Shown here: positions 36,066 to 49,501 of the stretch, one piece after another | How positions within the stretch are numbered: position 1 is the stretch's first letter | Layout of the letters: each line of letters begins with the position of its first letter | Assembly (NCBI GenBank): GCA_964234715.1 | Contig: OZ174277.1 | Direction: 5' to 3' (one strand) | Source: Podarcis melisellensis | Taxonomy: Eukaryota | Length of the DNA stretch: 64,000 nucleotides | Position numbers and translations under genes: made by a program | Notes under the pieces: model-generated | The model's input: only the letters and a program-made list of their open reading frames with translations | Told to the model about the DNA's origin: nothing | Database searches by the model: none

Positions 36066-37120
36066 ACTCATGATCCCTAAAGATAAGATGCAGATATTAG
36101 TGAAAATAGCATATATGATGCATCATATGAGGGGAAATTGGTTACAATGGTGTATCTGTTAGGAGAAAGGTGCATTAAAATTCTGACAATTTTTTTGTGA
36201 TTTATTTATTTATTTATTTATTTTGACAACTGGATAGAGAAACCATGTTGGAAACATAAAAGGGAGAGAAATTGGATTTGACACTTATGTTGATCCCTAG
36301 TTATAGCCCTGTCAATGGATGATCTATCTCTGCTGCCACCCCCCTGCTTCTCCAATCTTACTGGAGATATGGGAGGAGCTACACCTTGAGTAGCATAGAT
36401 GAGCATTGATACAGCAGGCATTGCAGGATTCATTTTTCTTCTGTGCTGTATATATTGGGAAAGATTGCTCATCCTTATCTTCAACAGGTCTCTTTATTGA
36501 GGTCCGTTCTCTTTATTATTGGCCTCGTCTTGCATAAAATAATTGGAAGTGTATTGCTCATGATTAGGAAGAGATTTTATGGCAGCAGTTTCTGCAATAT
36601 TAGTAAGCCACAATAGAGAGAGATGCTGCAGAAATGAGTGTACTCTCAGGCTTTCTCATTCAGGGAAGCTCCTGCTATTTCCTTATTCTCAGATGTGTTT
36701 TTCCATTGCTCTCAAACGCCATTAAGTACTTCTTCCTTTCCTGAAATAGTAATCTAAAAATCAATAGAACACTAACTTTTCATGAAGGGTGTGACCAAAT
36801 TCTTAAAGTCACCAGATATTTGCCCTTTTCCTGATGGTCTCCAAATCTCTCACATCCACCCTCATTGGGGAAAAGTGTCTGATGGAGGTGGGATGGGAAC
36901 TCTCACTAGCATGCAAGTCCTCCACATATACTGCTAGGATTGAAGGACAGTGTTGGTTACATCATTTTCTTCTTCTTTACCGGAACACATGTATTTTAAA
37001 AATGGAGCTGAGAGTCTATGTGTGTGAGTCCATAAGGCCCAGCCTTATGAGTCTATGAGGCTATTTTCCCCAAGCCACGCCCCCCCACTCTAAACTATCT
37101 GATTGGTGGTGCCAAGAAAC

Positions 37121-37310
37121 CATAGGCACCAGCACCTGGGGGCCTAAGTTTTTTTAGGAGACCGGCCCCCTCAATGTTCAGAGGGCATCAAGTTTCACCC
37201 CCTGACTCCTAATGGGATTGCATGCATCACAATGTCATGCACTGTTGTGTGCATGACATCAGGATGTTGCATTGGGCCCCCTTAATCATCTTGAGAAGCT
37301 GGTGCCTCTA
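37121..37310. mobile_element. hAT-type MITE
   Basis: Ends CATAGGCACCAGC / GCTGGTGCCTCTA. The 8-bp flanks CAAGAAAC / CAATGAAC match 6/8. Confidence 0.55.
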
Positions 37311-37622
37311 CAATGAACTTGTGAGCCTTTCTCTACATGGCTTAATTTCAAACCCCCTGAGCAAAAGAAGTGGGGGTTTCAGGTGTTGCTGATCAGCTCA
37401 TTGATGCACCTGAAAACCTGTGACCTTTTGCCTGCATGATTTGATTTCAAATTGTGTGGGCAAAGGAAAACAATCCCCCTTACATCACCATTATGTTAGG
37501 TGATTGATAGCTGCATGGGTGCGGGGAAGTTCTATCCATTGCCCAGGACATCAAAGGATGTTTTCCTCAAGTAATTTCTATCCCACATTTTGGGGAGTGG
37601 GGAAGCTTCAATTGAATAAATA

Positions 37623-37837
37623 CAGTGGTACCTCGGGTTACATACGCTTCAGGTTACAGACTCCGCTAACCCAGAAATAGTACTTCAGATTAAGAACTTT
37701 GTTTCAGGATAAGAACAGAAATCGTGCTGCGGCAGCAGGAGGCCCCATTAGCTAAAGTGGTGCTTCAGGTTAAGAACAGTTTCAGGTTAAGAACGGACCT
37801 CCGGAACGAATTAAGTACTAAACCCGAGGTACCACTG
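37623..37837. mobile_element. Tc1/mariner (pogo/Tigger-like) MITE
   Basis: TIRs CAGTGGTACCTCGGGTT / AACCCGAGGTACCACTG with TA TSD. Highly similar to 23373-23597. Confidence 0.92.
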
Positions 37838-38464
37838 TAATAATCTCCCGGCCCCTGTGCCATAGTCACCTTTCAAATCACAGTGATTGTAGGAGGCCAC
37901 GTATATTAAAGCCAAATCTGAGTGCCGTATTCTATGCCACATACCCCATTCCTCATACAAATGGGGGTTTCATAGGGAGTTGGTTTTCGACTTAAATGAC
38001 CCAGATATTATTTCTTTGGGGATTGCAGCCAACAAAGCAAATCTATTTCCTAGATTCCCTGGAGATTCATGAAGGTACTTAAGAGCACTTAAGGAGGAAT
38101 CAGGAACAATTAGGCAGTTTAAGTATGCCAAATAGAAAAAGAATAGATGTCTGCTTCTAAGTAACAAAGCTAATAGCAACATAAAGTTATGTAGCACAGT
38201 ACCTAAAGTAGCATATTATTATTATCCTTCTATCAGCATCCCAGCTGGTGGAGCATCCTTAGGAAGTGCTGAACTGGCTTAACTCTATGTCATGCAAACA
38301 ATGTTCAAACATATGCCACCCAAATTAAGTGAGAACTTGTGTGACTACTAATGAAATAGCAGCTCGAGGTAGGGATGGGGGGGAAGTTTAATTCAGATTG
38401 CATTTTTTTATATAAACCACCCAAGTCACACATTTTGAACCTATATGGAAAGCCACATTGAGGA

Positions 38465-38590
38465 GAGAGTGCTCTTATGTGTGAATCCTGTTTGTGGGTT
38501 TCTCACAGGCTTCTAGTTGGCCACAGAGAAAACAGGGTGCTGAACTAGGTGGTCCTGGCCTGAGCCAGCATAATCTTCTTACATTCTTAT
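38465..38590 (+). mobile_element. CR1-type LINE 3' tip
   Basis: Reverse-complement homologue of 3919-4050, ending TTCTTACATTCTTAT. Confidence 0.55.
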
Positions 38591-40009
38591 CTGAGTTTAA
38601 CCATACCTCCAGCAGGTCAATAAGAAGAAGAAAACTCACCACACAAGAAAGCTGCAACAAAGGAGATTGTGGGTAAAAAAAGAGATACTTGTAGACTGGA
38701 GATCAAGTAGTCTCACAATAAGAAACAGTGGAAATATTTACAAGATAGGTGGGGTATAAATAATAAATTATTATTATTTAAATAATAATAATAAAATGTT
38801 ATCATTAATAATAATATTTTTAAAACCCTGGTACTTTGCTAGTAGTATTATTATGAAAAAATCTAATTATGCTACACCAGTATTGGAGACATGGAATAGA
38901 CAATTTTTCTCATTATAAAATTTAGAAGTCACTTCTGTGGAACAGGAGAGACTGTTATAGCCCTTAAATCAAAGAAAGCATTATCAGGATAACAGATCTC
39001 CTAACAAAAATTGCTCTTAATGCTAACAGCAAGAGAGCAACAGGACAGGATGAAACAGATGTCACTGGCACCAAGTGCAAGAATGATACTATTCATCACA
39101 ATCTCCTGGTATTAGGTGTGCTAAAGGTTGCTGATTACTTCCTTTCTGGAGAAGAAAATATGTTTTGTCCCTCATACACTTCCCACCCCACCAAGATAAA
39201 AGTAAAGTTCTCATTTCCACCTCAGAATTTAGCATCTCACCCTAATCAAAGAGATCCTTCTAATTTCCTCTCTGGTCTCTGTCCTGTTACTGCATCTTTA
39301 ACAGACACCAATCCTTTGTAATGGGATCTTTGATGACTTACTTTGATCAAACTGTGGGTTAAGCAACTTGTCAGAAGAGCAGTCCAAAAGAAGTTATCCA
39401 GAGAGGGGATGCAAGGTCAGTACAGGTGGAACAGGTACAGTTTTATGTTTCTGAGCTAAATAAAATGCTTGGCATGGAAAAAGAGTCCCTGTGAAGTTAC
39501 TTGGAACAGTCTCTGCCACGTGAAAGACACACCACAGGTGGATTTGTCTGCAGTAAGGTGGGAAGAGAAAGGCAGAATGTTTTTGTGCAGGATGACATGG
39601 AACCACTGAAAGACAATAGCTTCCAAGGTTTTCATAAGGAAGTCAGATATTGTCACACTGCAGATTGTAGATGCATAAAACTTAAGTAACATTTTGCATG
39701 CAACATCAGCTCCACAGAAGCATTTCTCAGCATGTTGTGGTGGGACCGTTCTGATGTTACCATTATTTGTGTTACTGAGTGAAATGTTTGTAGCGTCCAG
39801 AGCATCCAAGCAGGATGGATAGAGGAGCAAAGGATGCTGACACTTTAAAAAAATGGTAGTAATCCTGCACCAAGATCTTTTGTGTTGTATCTTGTTTGGC
39901 CCTTAGCAAATGTGCACTGATAAACAGCTCACTGATTGACAGAAGCATTTTGCATTTTAGCAAGGCAAGCCAACAGCACCAAGGCCAGCAACTTGTCTTT
40001 CTACCAGAC

Positions 40010-40471
40010 CAGGGGTCTGCAACCTTTAAGACAAAAAGAGCCACTTGGACCTGTTTCTGAAGAAAAACAAAACTGGGAGCCGCAAAACTGATCATTATAA
40101 AAATAGCTTTTTTGTCACTTTTTTATTATTTCTTTGTTTGATCCCTCAGAATTACTCCTCCTCATAGAAATAAACATTAAATTAACAAGTTACCTTTTGT
40201 GTGTGTGTGTTCTTCACTCCCCTTCAAAACAGTGACCAGCGTACATGCCCCTTACAATGTAGCGGGCGGGCGGGAAGGTGACGTCGGGACGGTGCGTGAC
40301 TAACGCACGCACCGCCCCCAATCGACGTCACAGCCAGTACAGCGCCCGCTACAGTGGGGAGTGTCGGGGCGCACAATGCACCTCCTCCCCTCACTAGTAT
40401 CCGCCCCGGAGCCGCAGCAAAGGTGTAAAAGAGCCACATGCGGCTCCGGAGCCGCGGGTTGCAGACCCCTG
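40010..40471. mobile_element. Young hAT (Charlie-like) MITE
   Basis: Perfect 15-bp TIR CAGGGGTCTGCAACC / GGTTGCAGACCCCTG and perfect 8-bp TSD TACCAGAC (40002-40009, 40472-40479). Subterminal GAGCC(A/G)C repeats and a CpG-rich interior. Confidence 0.95.
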
Positions 40472-41438
40472 TACCAGACTATACTGACAACAGAGAGGGG
40501 CGATTCTCCCAAAATGTCCCGATGCTGAGGCCCATTGCCACAGAAGTAGCTCTTCCATATCACTCTCCTTATTTTGAGGTATGTCAATGAAAAGACCACA
40601 TGTCTCCACCAGATTTGAATGGATGCTTACCTTTACCATATGGTTTCAGGTGCTTTTTTATTGTGCCTAACTTAAAATAAGGCCATACAACTCAAAAACT
40701 ATTACCAAACTGCAGTAATGTTTTTATTAGCTAAGCAGTGATTTAGTTTGCCCCATTTCCCCAGTAACACTGAGAGAAATCTGGATACCAGCACTCTGGG
40801 AAGTCCCCAACCCCATAAGCAGAGCCATTTGTGCTACAGTAGCCTTCTATTTTATGGAAGTTTAAAACATTGTATTGTGCCCTGAAGAGATGTGTAATAC
40901 AGCCTTATTGCCAACTTGACAATCAAGCAATATACATCCAGAGTATGCTGCTAAATCCCATTGACGGAACTTGATTGTGTTTTAACTGCACTTTTGAAAT
41001 TAGGCTGCCATCCTATTCCTACTTACCTTGGAGTAAGCACCATTGAATCAATGGAATTTACATCTGAGTAGACATTCTAGGAACATGCTTCCAAAAAAAA
41101 TGTTTAACTTTGGCTGGATCCTGCCTCTTTTTTAAAAAAAATGTCAATGCTAGAAAGAACATACCATGACTCACATTTCCATGTCAACTTAAAAAATATA
41201 TATACATAGGATATGACTATGTCAAACTAATTATCTACTTTGGGAAAGAGTGAGATGTTCTTAAATCTATCCAATTAAATTCAATAGGATGTTAAGGTCA
41301 TCATTGGCTGAAAAATGCCCAGTGATGTTTGTTCTGAGAATAGTTGATACAATAAAAAAATCATGTACAGTTATAGAGTTAGACCCAGACTTAGTAATAC
41401 TTGAAGTAGAGGCCTTGAAATTAGTGGGATGTAAGTTA

Positions 41439-41802
41439 CGACACAGGTGGAGCTGTGGTGTAAACCACTGAGCCTTGGGCTTGCTAATCGGAAGGTCAGT
41501 GGTTTGAATCCCCATGACGGGGTGAGCTCCCGTTGTTCAGTCCCAGCTCCTGCCAACCTAGCAGTTCGAAAGCACGTCAAAGTGCAAGTAGATAAATAGG
41601 TACCGCTCCAGCGGGAAGGTAAACAGTGTTTCCGTGTGCTGCCCTGGTTTCACTAGAAGCAGCTTAGTCATGCTGGCCACATGACCCGGAAAAACTGTCT
41701 GCGGACAAACGTTGGCTCCCTTGGCTAGTAAAGCGAGATGAGCGCTGCAACCCCAGAGTCATTTGCGACTGGACTTAACTGTCAGGGGTCCTTTACCTTT
41801 TT
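41439..41802 (+). mobile_element. Sauria SINE, near full length
   Basis: Head, B box, core and CCTTTACCTTT tail. TSD TAAGTTA at 41432-41438 and 41803-41809. Confidence 0.93.
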
Positions 41803-42855
41803 TAAGTTAGGACTAGCTAAATACTGTTGATTCCAATGTGTCCATATTGACTATGATACAAGTGTGGATGTGAAGCATAGTAAAATTCTGAGTGTAAAGG
41901 ACTGCTTTCTTATTTTGCAAAGTATTTTTTCAGAAGTGGAAGTTTCAGCACCACCAACTCCCTCACAACTTGTTGTACACCTAACTATATTTGCTTACCT
42001 TTTCATTGTTCTGTTACACGAGCAACACTTTACATCCCCCTCATAGACTACTGAAGCTATAAAAGAAGTAAATTGAAAATGGCTAGCATACCAAATTGTA
42101 AAATACTGAATAGGTCAAAGTCATAGAGTTTACTATACTCTTTCCAGGAATATATGCAAAAGTATTACAAAAGTTATGATGCTGCCTTCTTTTCCTTAAT
42201 AATTTTAATACATCTACAAAATATCACATTACAGGTTCTTTTTGGTGAAATTAACTAGTTCAAAGAATAGAGTGGGACTGTCTTCAAGTATAATACATGC
42301 CGGCTACGAAATTTTCATTACTTTTTAAATTGCACAATCTTGTAGTAGTGTTTTTAGGATTACATGTGAAAAATGAGGAAACAGCTGTTAAAAAGAATGG
42401 CTAGCATAAAAGCTATTTTTTTCCATCAGAACAGCCAAAGAACTGTCAATTAACTAAGACAGAAGGCTCTCTTTTCTATGTCTGATACCACTACTTGCTT
42501 TAATTATAAAGGCATAATAAAGTTGAGAACAACTTGGTAATAAATTTGAAGGTGACATCAGTCTATTGTGCAAGCCACTAAGGAGCTGCTCATCTTGTTT
42601 TGTAAAATATACCATCTGCATGGGAGTTGATTTCAGAGAGATGTAAAGCTCTAAACTAGTTGACCAGACACAATTAATCTCCTTGACTTTGCTAGAAAGG
42701 ACATATAAGAAGTCCTGAGATACAAAGGAAGTGCAAAGCACATCATAGGCTCCTTACATGGCTACAAGTCAGTAAGACAAAATAGCAACTTTGTTGAAGA
42801 AAGCGAGGGAGGAAAATTGCAAGAAACAGGGGATTTATGCAGGGTTGGTATAGGT

Positions 42856-42994
42856 CAGTGGTAGCCAATGTGGTGCCATCCAGATGTTATTGGACTACAG
42901 TTCCCATCAGCCTCAGCCAGTGTGGTCAGTGGTCAGGGATTATGGGAGTTGTCATCCAGCAAAAATATCTAGAACACTGCATTGGCTATGCCCG
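42856..42994. mobile_element. Short palindromic hAT-like MITE
   Basis: CAGTGGTAGCCAATG ... CATTGGCTATGCCCG ends, with an internal ACTACAGTTCCCAT / ATGGGAGTTGT fold-back. Confidence 0.6.
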
Positions 42995-45900
42995 ACATAG
43001 GCATACCACATTATTCAAAGAAGGTAGGATGTATAAATAATAAGTTTTTATTATTATTATTGAATTCAGATATATTAGACTCATTGGAAACCCAGTGAAA
43101 TCATCTTATATTATACTAGCTTGTCTATTGATATCAATGGGTCTACCCTGAGTATGCTGATTTGGATACAACCTTAAGGTGGGAAGTGCTAGCAAATGCC
43201 AAAGGTGACTTATTTGCCAGATTATTTCCAGTCTGTGCCACCTTCACATTCACTCATTCATAATCCATCCCATCCTACTCTGTATTAATTTGCAGAAAAG
43301 TTTGAAAATTCATATTTTAAATACTTGTTGCAAAATAGTGATTTAAATACATACATAAATATATATCTTTTTATCTCAATGTATTTTATCATTAAATACA
43401 TATTTTAAAATGCATTTTGGGCATGTCTTTGAGCCAAGAACTGTATCACTAAAAAGGTGTGTAAAATCCAAGGATTTGCAGCTTCATTTGGGAGCTGCAG
43501 ATAAGGTCAGTTTGTGTTGCAATTCAGAGAAATCAAATTCTGCAGACATCTCTATGTCATATACCCAGAACATCCTTCTCACAGAAAAAGCTCACATATT
43601 GAGTGTTGATTTGGTTATGATTATTCTACATTTACAAAATTGATTGTGGAGCCAAGAGAACTTTGCTCAGATACACGACATAGCAGCTGCTTAATTATAA
43701 TTTCCTTTTTATATTTGCTCCTCTTTCTTGATCAAATTAAAACTAAAAGCGAGAGTGACTCTTTCCAGTTTTGTGAAGAATAGGCAGCTGATGAGAAGAC
43801 ATACCAAAATAAAAGGTTCCTTCTTTTTCTTTTTGAGCCAATCACAAAGCTAATATTTATACGAGCTGTTAATGGAAATGGCCTTATGGGTGCATAGCAG
43901 CACCACACAGATTACTGGAGCACATTAAAATAATAACAATCTTCATTTGTGTCTTTTAAAATAATTTCTTCTCATATTATTATGACTTTTATTATTCAAA
44001 ACATCCAATTTGGGAAATGTTTATATATATTCTCATATGAATAATACAAGATTAATACAAAAATAGTAAATATCATTTAAAATCTGTACTCATGCCAGTG
44101 CAGCTAATCATAGAAAACTATTATTTATTTCCGATTAGCCAGCTAAATATTATGCTCAAGTACTTGGGTTTTGACTGGTTCATCGGAGGTGAACATTAGC
44201 ATTTTCTGGACCTCAATCTTCATCTTCTCTTTAGAATATTAAATTTGGAAAGGAATGTTGCTGAATATTGAACATACTATGTGATTTAAAAAGATGAAAA
44301 GTTTGCAGATATTTAGATATGCTCAATTTTCCTGACTTAACTTGTTAAATCTATTTACCTTTAGTTTTAAAGCAAAGGAACCTGGTAAGTAATCTGACGG
44401 GGTTCAAATCAGTTTCAAGACAACACTACATGTGATGTAGCAGCTTGATACATTCAGTAAGCATGGAAGGACAGTGGTATCTTGTTAGATTGGTGATCTG
44501 ATTAACTGCCACCCATGCACATCAGCACTTAAGTGTCAGTCCTCCTGCACCAGTCAATGGGATTCCCCATGGAATTCAACAGAGAGAACACCTGTGCCCT
44601 TTCTGCATGAAAACTTGTCTCGCCATTGAAGTGAATGGGAAATCCTTCATAAACTTCTGCAGGTCCTGGTGTTCCAATGGCCACATGGTAGGGGGCCAAA
44701 CATCCCACCCACCAGGTGTTCAGAGGTTGCATCAAAAAGTTTCATCCTAAAGTCACAGTGCTATTTTTGTTAAAGTGTGCCATCATCCAGTTCCATTGTC
44801 ACATGACAGCTTCCCCAAATCACTAGCTGCAAGCTCCCCCATTCCAGATCTGTGTACATCCCATCTCCCTCCCTTTCTTAATCCCCTTCCCACAAGGCTC
44901 CGATTGCCTTCCAAATCTTTTCACCTGTCAAAACAACTCCCCACCCCAAACACCAAAAGCTGAACATAGTCTGGATTGGACAAAGACCACATCTCCCATT
45001 CTGCAGCTCTTCTTCCTTGGCCACAAATAAGAGCAAATTGCAGGCACCACCATACTCTGCTCAAATACAGTTCATTGCATACCAGTTTCTTGTGTTTCTC
45101 CACATTCCTTGGCACTAAGGACACTTGTGAAATTTTCCCCATCTAAATTTCTCTCTGAATTTGGAAGCTCAGAATTACTTTACGATATCCATCTTGGATT
45201 TAGTTTGTAAACAGACATCATGGCTATGACATTCAGCCTTTTTCAGAGTTTGTTTGTTTATTATCTTTCCTCACCAAACCAGTCCCTGCCTTGTGTAACA
45301 TCATACCTGATATTCTCTAGAACTGAAAAGTTTGCCACATTTTTATGCCTTTTGAGTTAGCCCCACTGAGGTTTTACTTAACTGTGGGCTTTGAATAGGG
45401 TTCTTATGTTAATTGAGATTCAGAAAGACTTATTCATCCTTCATAACACATGAAAGCAGGAGGTCAGGAGAGAATATATGTACAAAGAATATACCTTTGT
45501 AATTTTCATACTGGTATTTCATAAATAGGTTGAAAATCAGAGCCGAGCTTTGCAGAAAACTAAAGAGAGGGTAGAATATATCTGGCAAATGGCTGGCATA
45601 CCCTTTTGTAGTCTACAAGTCAAAACTATGCTAATAAAACCCAGGTTCTTGCTAATTAAATTTACAAATGATTAGAAATATTTGCTGCTGAAAGATTTAA
45701 AGTCACTTATTGAATCCTAACGAAAGCACTAGCAATATGTGTATGCCTCCTGAGAGCTCGCCGAGGATGGAGTGCATTAAAAATATAATTGGTTTTAAAG
45801 CATGTTAGATTAAACTTTTGCCATGATTTATGCTGTCTGCTTTCCATTCACCTTTAACACTGTTGTTCCCTCCCCACTCTTTTACACTACGTATCAATAG

Positions 45901-46434
45901 GTTACGTAGAAGAGGCACCAACAGAACTGTCTCTATTGCGCCAAGATGCTTGGACTGACTTATTTTGACACTTTAAAAAAAGTAGCTACCTCTGAAATCC
46001 AATTGTCACATGTGTCTCTGGGAACTTGTGTGTACGTGTGTGCATTTCACAAATGACCCTTAAATATGCTTGCAAGAAGGGGAATCTTTTTGTGGGTCGA
46101 TTGCATATCACCATAGGCATGTGTCTAAGAGACTTCAGGATCCAGAAATTCACACCCATACCAAGGTCTTACATTGATTGCCAAAGCTCCAGATTTATTA
46201 AAGTGGGATGTGGAAGGGATACTTACTACTTTAACAGGGCGGTTTACAATAGAAAAACACAGATATACTTACCGTAATAACAAACACTAACTCCCCCCAT
46301 ATTATTATTTAATACAATGCACTAATTGGTACAATATATAAAACATAAATCCACTTGTGCCTAATACCCACTGTATTCACACTCCTAAAGTGGAGAAAAG
46401 AGAGCTGAAAAGAGGTAGAAGCAAGGCAATTGGG

Positions 46435-46943
46435 TGTCAGGAATGTGCCCACCCCCAGAGCACAGGGAATGAGTTAGACTCAGAGATTGAACTAAGTGAA
46501 CAAGGGATCTACTCTATGGATGAGAAGTGGCTGACCGAAAGGACTGTGTGACACACACACCCTTCACGGCAAAGACTCTTTTATCTCTCAAGAAGATGAA
46601 GAGTTGGAAGGCAGCCAGAGCATTGCTAGGCAATCAGCAGATGAACAGGGATCCAAGGCTGTGTCGAGTGAGAATGGGGAGGAGATGGGATGTCAGCCTC
46701 TCAGTCCCCGATCCAAAAACTGGGATAAAATCAGATGGCAATGGAAGGGCAAGAGGAGAAAGGCAGGAGTCTGACGTCCTTCCTGCTGTGGGAGGGGTGA
46801 AACTTCAGACTGACCAACAAATGTAAATGTGAGCTGGCGAGAAGCCAGGCTCTGGATATGTCTTTTTGTAAATAAACGTACATAAACTTCCAGGGAGTCA
46901 TTACTTCTTATTGGGGCTTGCTTGCGTGCCAGAGATCATTACA
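46435..46943 (+). mobile_element. Possible solo LTR (Gypsy-like)
   Basis: TGT...ACA termini, purine-rich body and AATAAA ~70 nt before the end. No TSD seen. Confidence 0.3.
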
Positions 46944-47789
46944 GCAGACATGGTACTGTGAAAGACAGGAAATGGGATAATGGTTCACCTAGCCAGTGCT
47001 CAGAGGAGCTATTGCAGCTGTGAATGAGAAGCAATGGTGGGTGGGTGTGTTTGTGGGTTTGGGTGTTTGTCTGCAGGTGTATGTGTATGTTAATACCAGC
47101 ACTAGGTGTCTAGGCTGAAGATTCTGTGTTTTAAGAATTTGTTTGCTTTCAGTTTGAACCTTCCTGGTCCTGTGTTGAGATGCTCCTTGCAGAGAGGGAG
47201 GGAGGTGACTTATCTGGGTGAAGAGCCCAACAAAAAGAGCATGAGGGAGATGTGTGAATGGCTCAGTGCCTGTTCCTTTTCTAGGATTTTGGCCCTATAG
47301 GAATACATGGAAGAGAGGGGTGAACTGGGTTTTCCCCACCCTATTCCTTTGACACTCTGGGCTAGAGATTACTATCATGCCTCTAGTGGAGGGTTCATAT
47401 GCTGGTCCCTAGGTACACATTTCTCAATGTGTGGTCTCTTGAAATCCATATTTGCAAGCTATTTTGATATGCTAAGAACTTGTCAGAGAAGTTCTTTCAC
47501 TGACAGAACTATGCCAAGACATTGGTGTTCACTGAGAGTCATGTTAACTTCCAATCCACACATTAATCTATGAGATGTGGATCAGACTCATTCATATTTG
47601 AGTGCACAAAGACTGAATTTCTCAAGCAACCTTGACTACAACAACCTGCTCCAACAGTGAGCACAAACAAAGGGATGGAGGTGGAATATATACTTAGTCA
47701 GGTCATTGGTCTCTCCTGCTCAACAATGTTGGGCAGTCATGTAGCCAGGATGCACTGAACAAGGGCTGTGCTTCATCTATCCATAGGAG

Positions 47790-47791
<2 letters not shown>

Positions 47792-47858
<67 letters not shown>
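47792..47858. repeat. (TC)n(TG)n microsatellite
   Basis: Directly visible. Confidence 0.95.
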
Positions 47859-47866
47859 CCTTTTTA

Positions 47867-48113
47867 AAGCTACAGGGAACCAGGCAGAGGGCCTTCTCGG
47901 TAGTGGCCCCCGCCCTGTGGAATGCCCTCCCATCAAATGTCAAAGAGATATACAACTACCTGACATTCAGAAGACATCTTAAGGCAGCCCTGTTCAGGGA
48001 AGTTTTTAATGTGTGACATCTTGGTGTATTTTTGGTCTTTGTGGAAGCCGCCCAGAGTGGCTGGGGAAACCCAGCCAGATGGGCGGGGTACAAATAATAA
48101 TAATAATTATTAA
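47867..48113 (+). mobile_element. L2 LINE 3' end, relatively young
   Basis: Encodes GTRQRAFSVVAPALWNALP..TFRRHLKAALFREVF*, followed by the 3' UTR AAGCCGCCCAGAGTGGCTGGGG..GGGCGGGGTACAAAT and a (TAA)n tail. Confidence 0.88.
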
Positions 48114-49019
48114 ATGGAATCTGACATTGTCTTTTATGTCACAACTTGCTTTAAGAACAGGAGCAATTTAAAAATAAGACCCTCTGAAAAATGCAGCAAA
48201 CAAGGCAGGTCTAGTGTGCAACAAAAGCCACATATGGGGAGCCCCCAAAGATCTGCATACTCAAGACCTCCCCTGACTGTGGGTCATTTTTCATGATCAC
48301 AATTACCCTATGATTTCTTAAGTGATCCTGGAAAGAAACAATCCGTACAGTACATGACCCTTGAGTTCGATATTAGAACTTTGCATTATGGGCATGGAGT
48401 TTCCTTTGCTCTGCTTTTCAGTTTCAGTTGTGTGCAATAAAGAAGTATGTTTGCCTGCAGTAAGAAGTAAGAGTTTGTTTATTTTGCAGTCATTATTATT
48501 AGTAGAGGAGGAATGAGTACTTATTGCTAAAGGGTGAAATAAAGAGATAACTTAAAGTGATTGGAAAAAATATCTACCCTAAGTTACCCTTTACTTTTTT
48601 AAAGAACTCACTATACTCACATAGTGGCTATCTACTACTCTTTTTCTTGAGTGCTTGATGAAAACAGCCCTAGAGGAATACAAACACTGCTGTACACACT
48701 ACAGTTAGCTGGTTGTCTGTTTTATATATTTTAGTATCCCTTTGTTCACTGCATCCTTAATATCCTTTTTTTAAATAGGCAAGTTGTTTAATTCATGGTG
48801 TTCATACTAATTTTTATCTTAACATAGCTGATTGTGTAAGTCAACACACCCTCTGCATGGAGGAGGAGTGAAGAGGAAGGCCAGGGCCTTTCCTTTCCCT
48901 CGCCTGGCCCTCACATTCCACCCACCAGTGAGTGACAGGAGGATTGGCTTGTGCTATCCACAAATGCCCCACTAAGAAATGTGGCTGCCCCACCTGACAA
49001 GGAAGGCTGCATACAGGTC

Positions 49020-49501
49020 TAGCAGTGGGTCCCCAGGGTTTCAGGCAGGAGTATTCCCCACCCCTTTTGTCTTTGTCCATGGAGTTTTCTTGGCAGGGAT
49101 ACTGGAGTGGCTTGCCGGTTCCTGCTTCCTGCCCTGAGTGCTCACTGGAAGGACAGATCGTGAAGCTGAGGCTCCAATACTTTGGCCACCTCATGAGAAG
49201 AGAAGACTCCCTGGAAAAGACCCTGATGTTGGGAAAGATGGAGGTCACAAGGAGAAGGGGATGACAGAGGACGAGATGGTTGGACAGTGTTCTTGAAGCT
49301 ACAAACATGAGTTTGACCAAACTGCGGGAGACAGTGGAAGACAGAAGTGCCTGGCGTGCTGTGGTCCATGGGGTCACGAAGAGTCGGACACGACTAAACG
49401 ACTAAACAACAACAACAACATTCCCCACCCCATCTGAAGATACTGGAGGACAGGGATTAAACTTGGACCTGTGCATGCAAAGCATGTGGTGAGCTACATC
49501 C
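49020..49501 (-). mobile_element. Squam3-like tRNA-derived SINE remnant, split by Bov-B
   Basis: CCAGGGTTTCAGGCAGGAGT lies left of the Bov-B insert and CAGGGATTAAAC..GCATGCAAAGCA..TGAGCTAC lies right of it, as expected for the rc of a tRNA-headed squamate SINE. Family assignment is from recall. Confidence 0.55.
49065..49419 (+). mobile_element. Bov-B LINE 3' end with an inverted 5' segment
   Basis: 49131-49419 aligns with 28783-29069 and ends in (CAA)n. A 12-bp TSD ATTCCCCACCCC (49053-49064, 49420-49431) encloses an extra ~66 bp at 49065-49130. Confidence 0.92.

Noticed and set aside
48841-49377. 178-aa minus-strand ORF, and the similar ORF at 28757-29029
   Set aside because: Antisense reading of the Bov-B 3' end.
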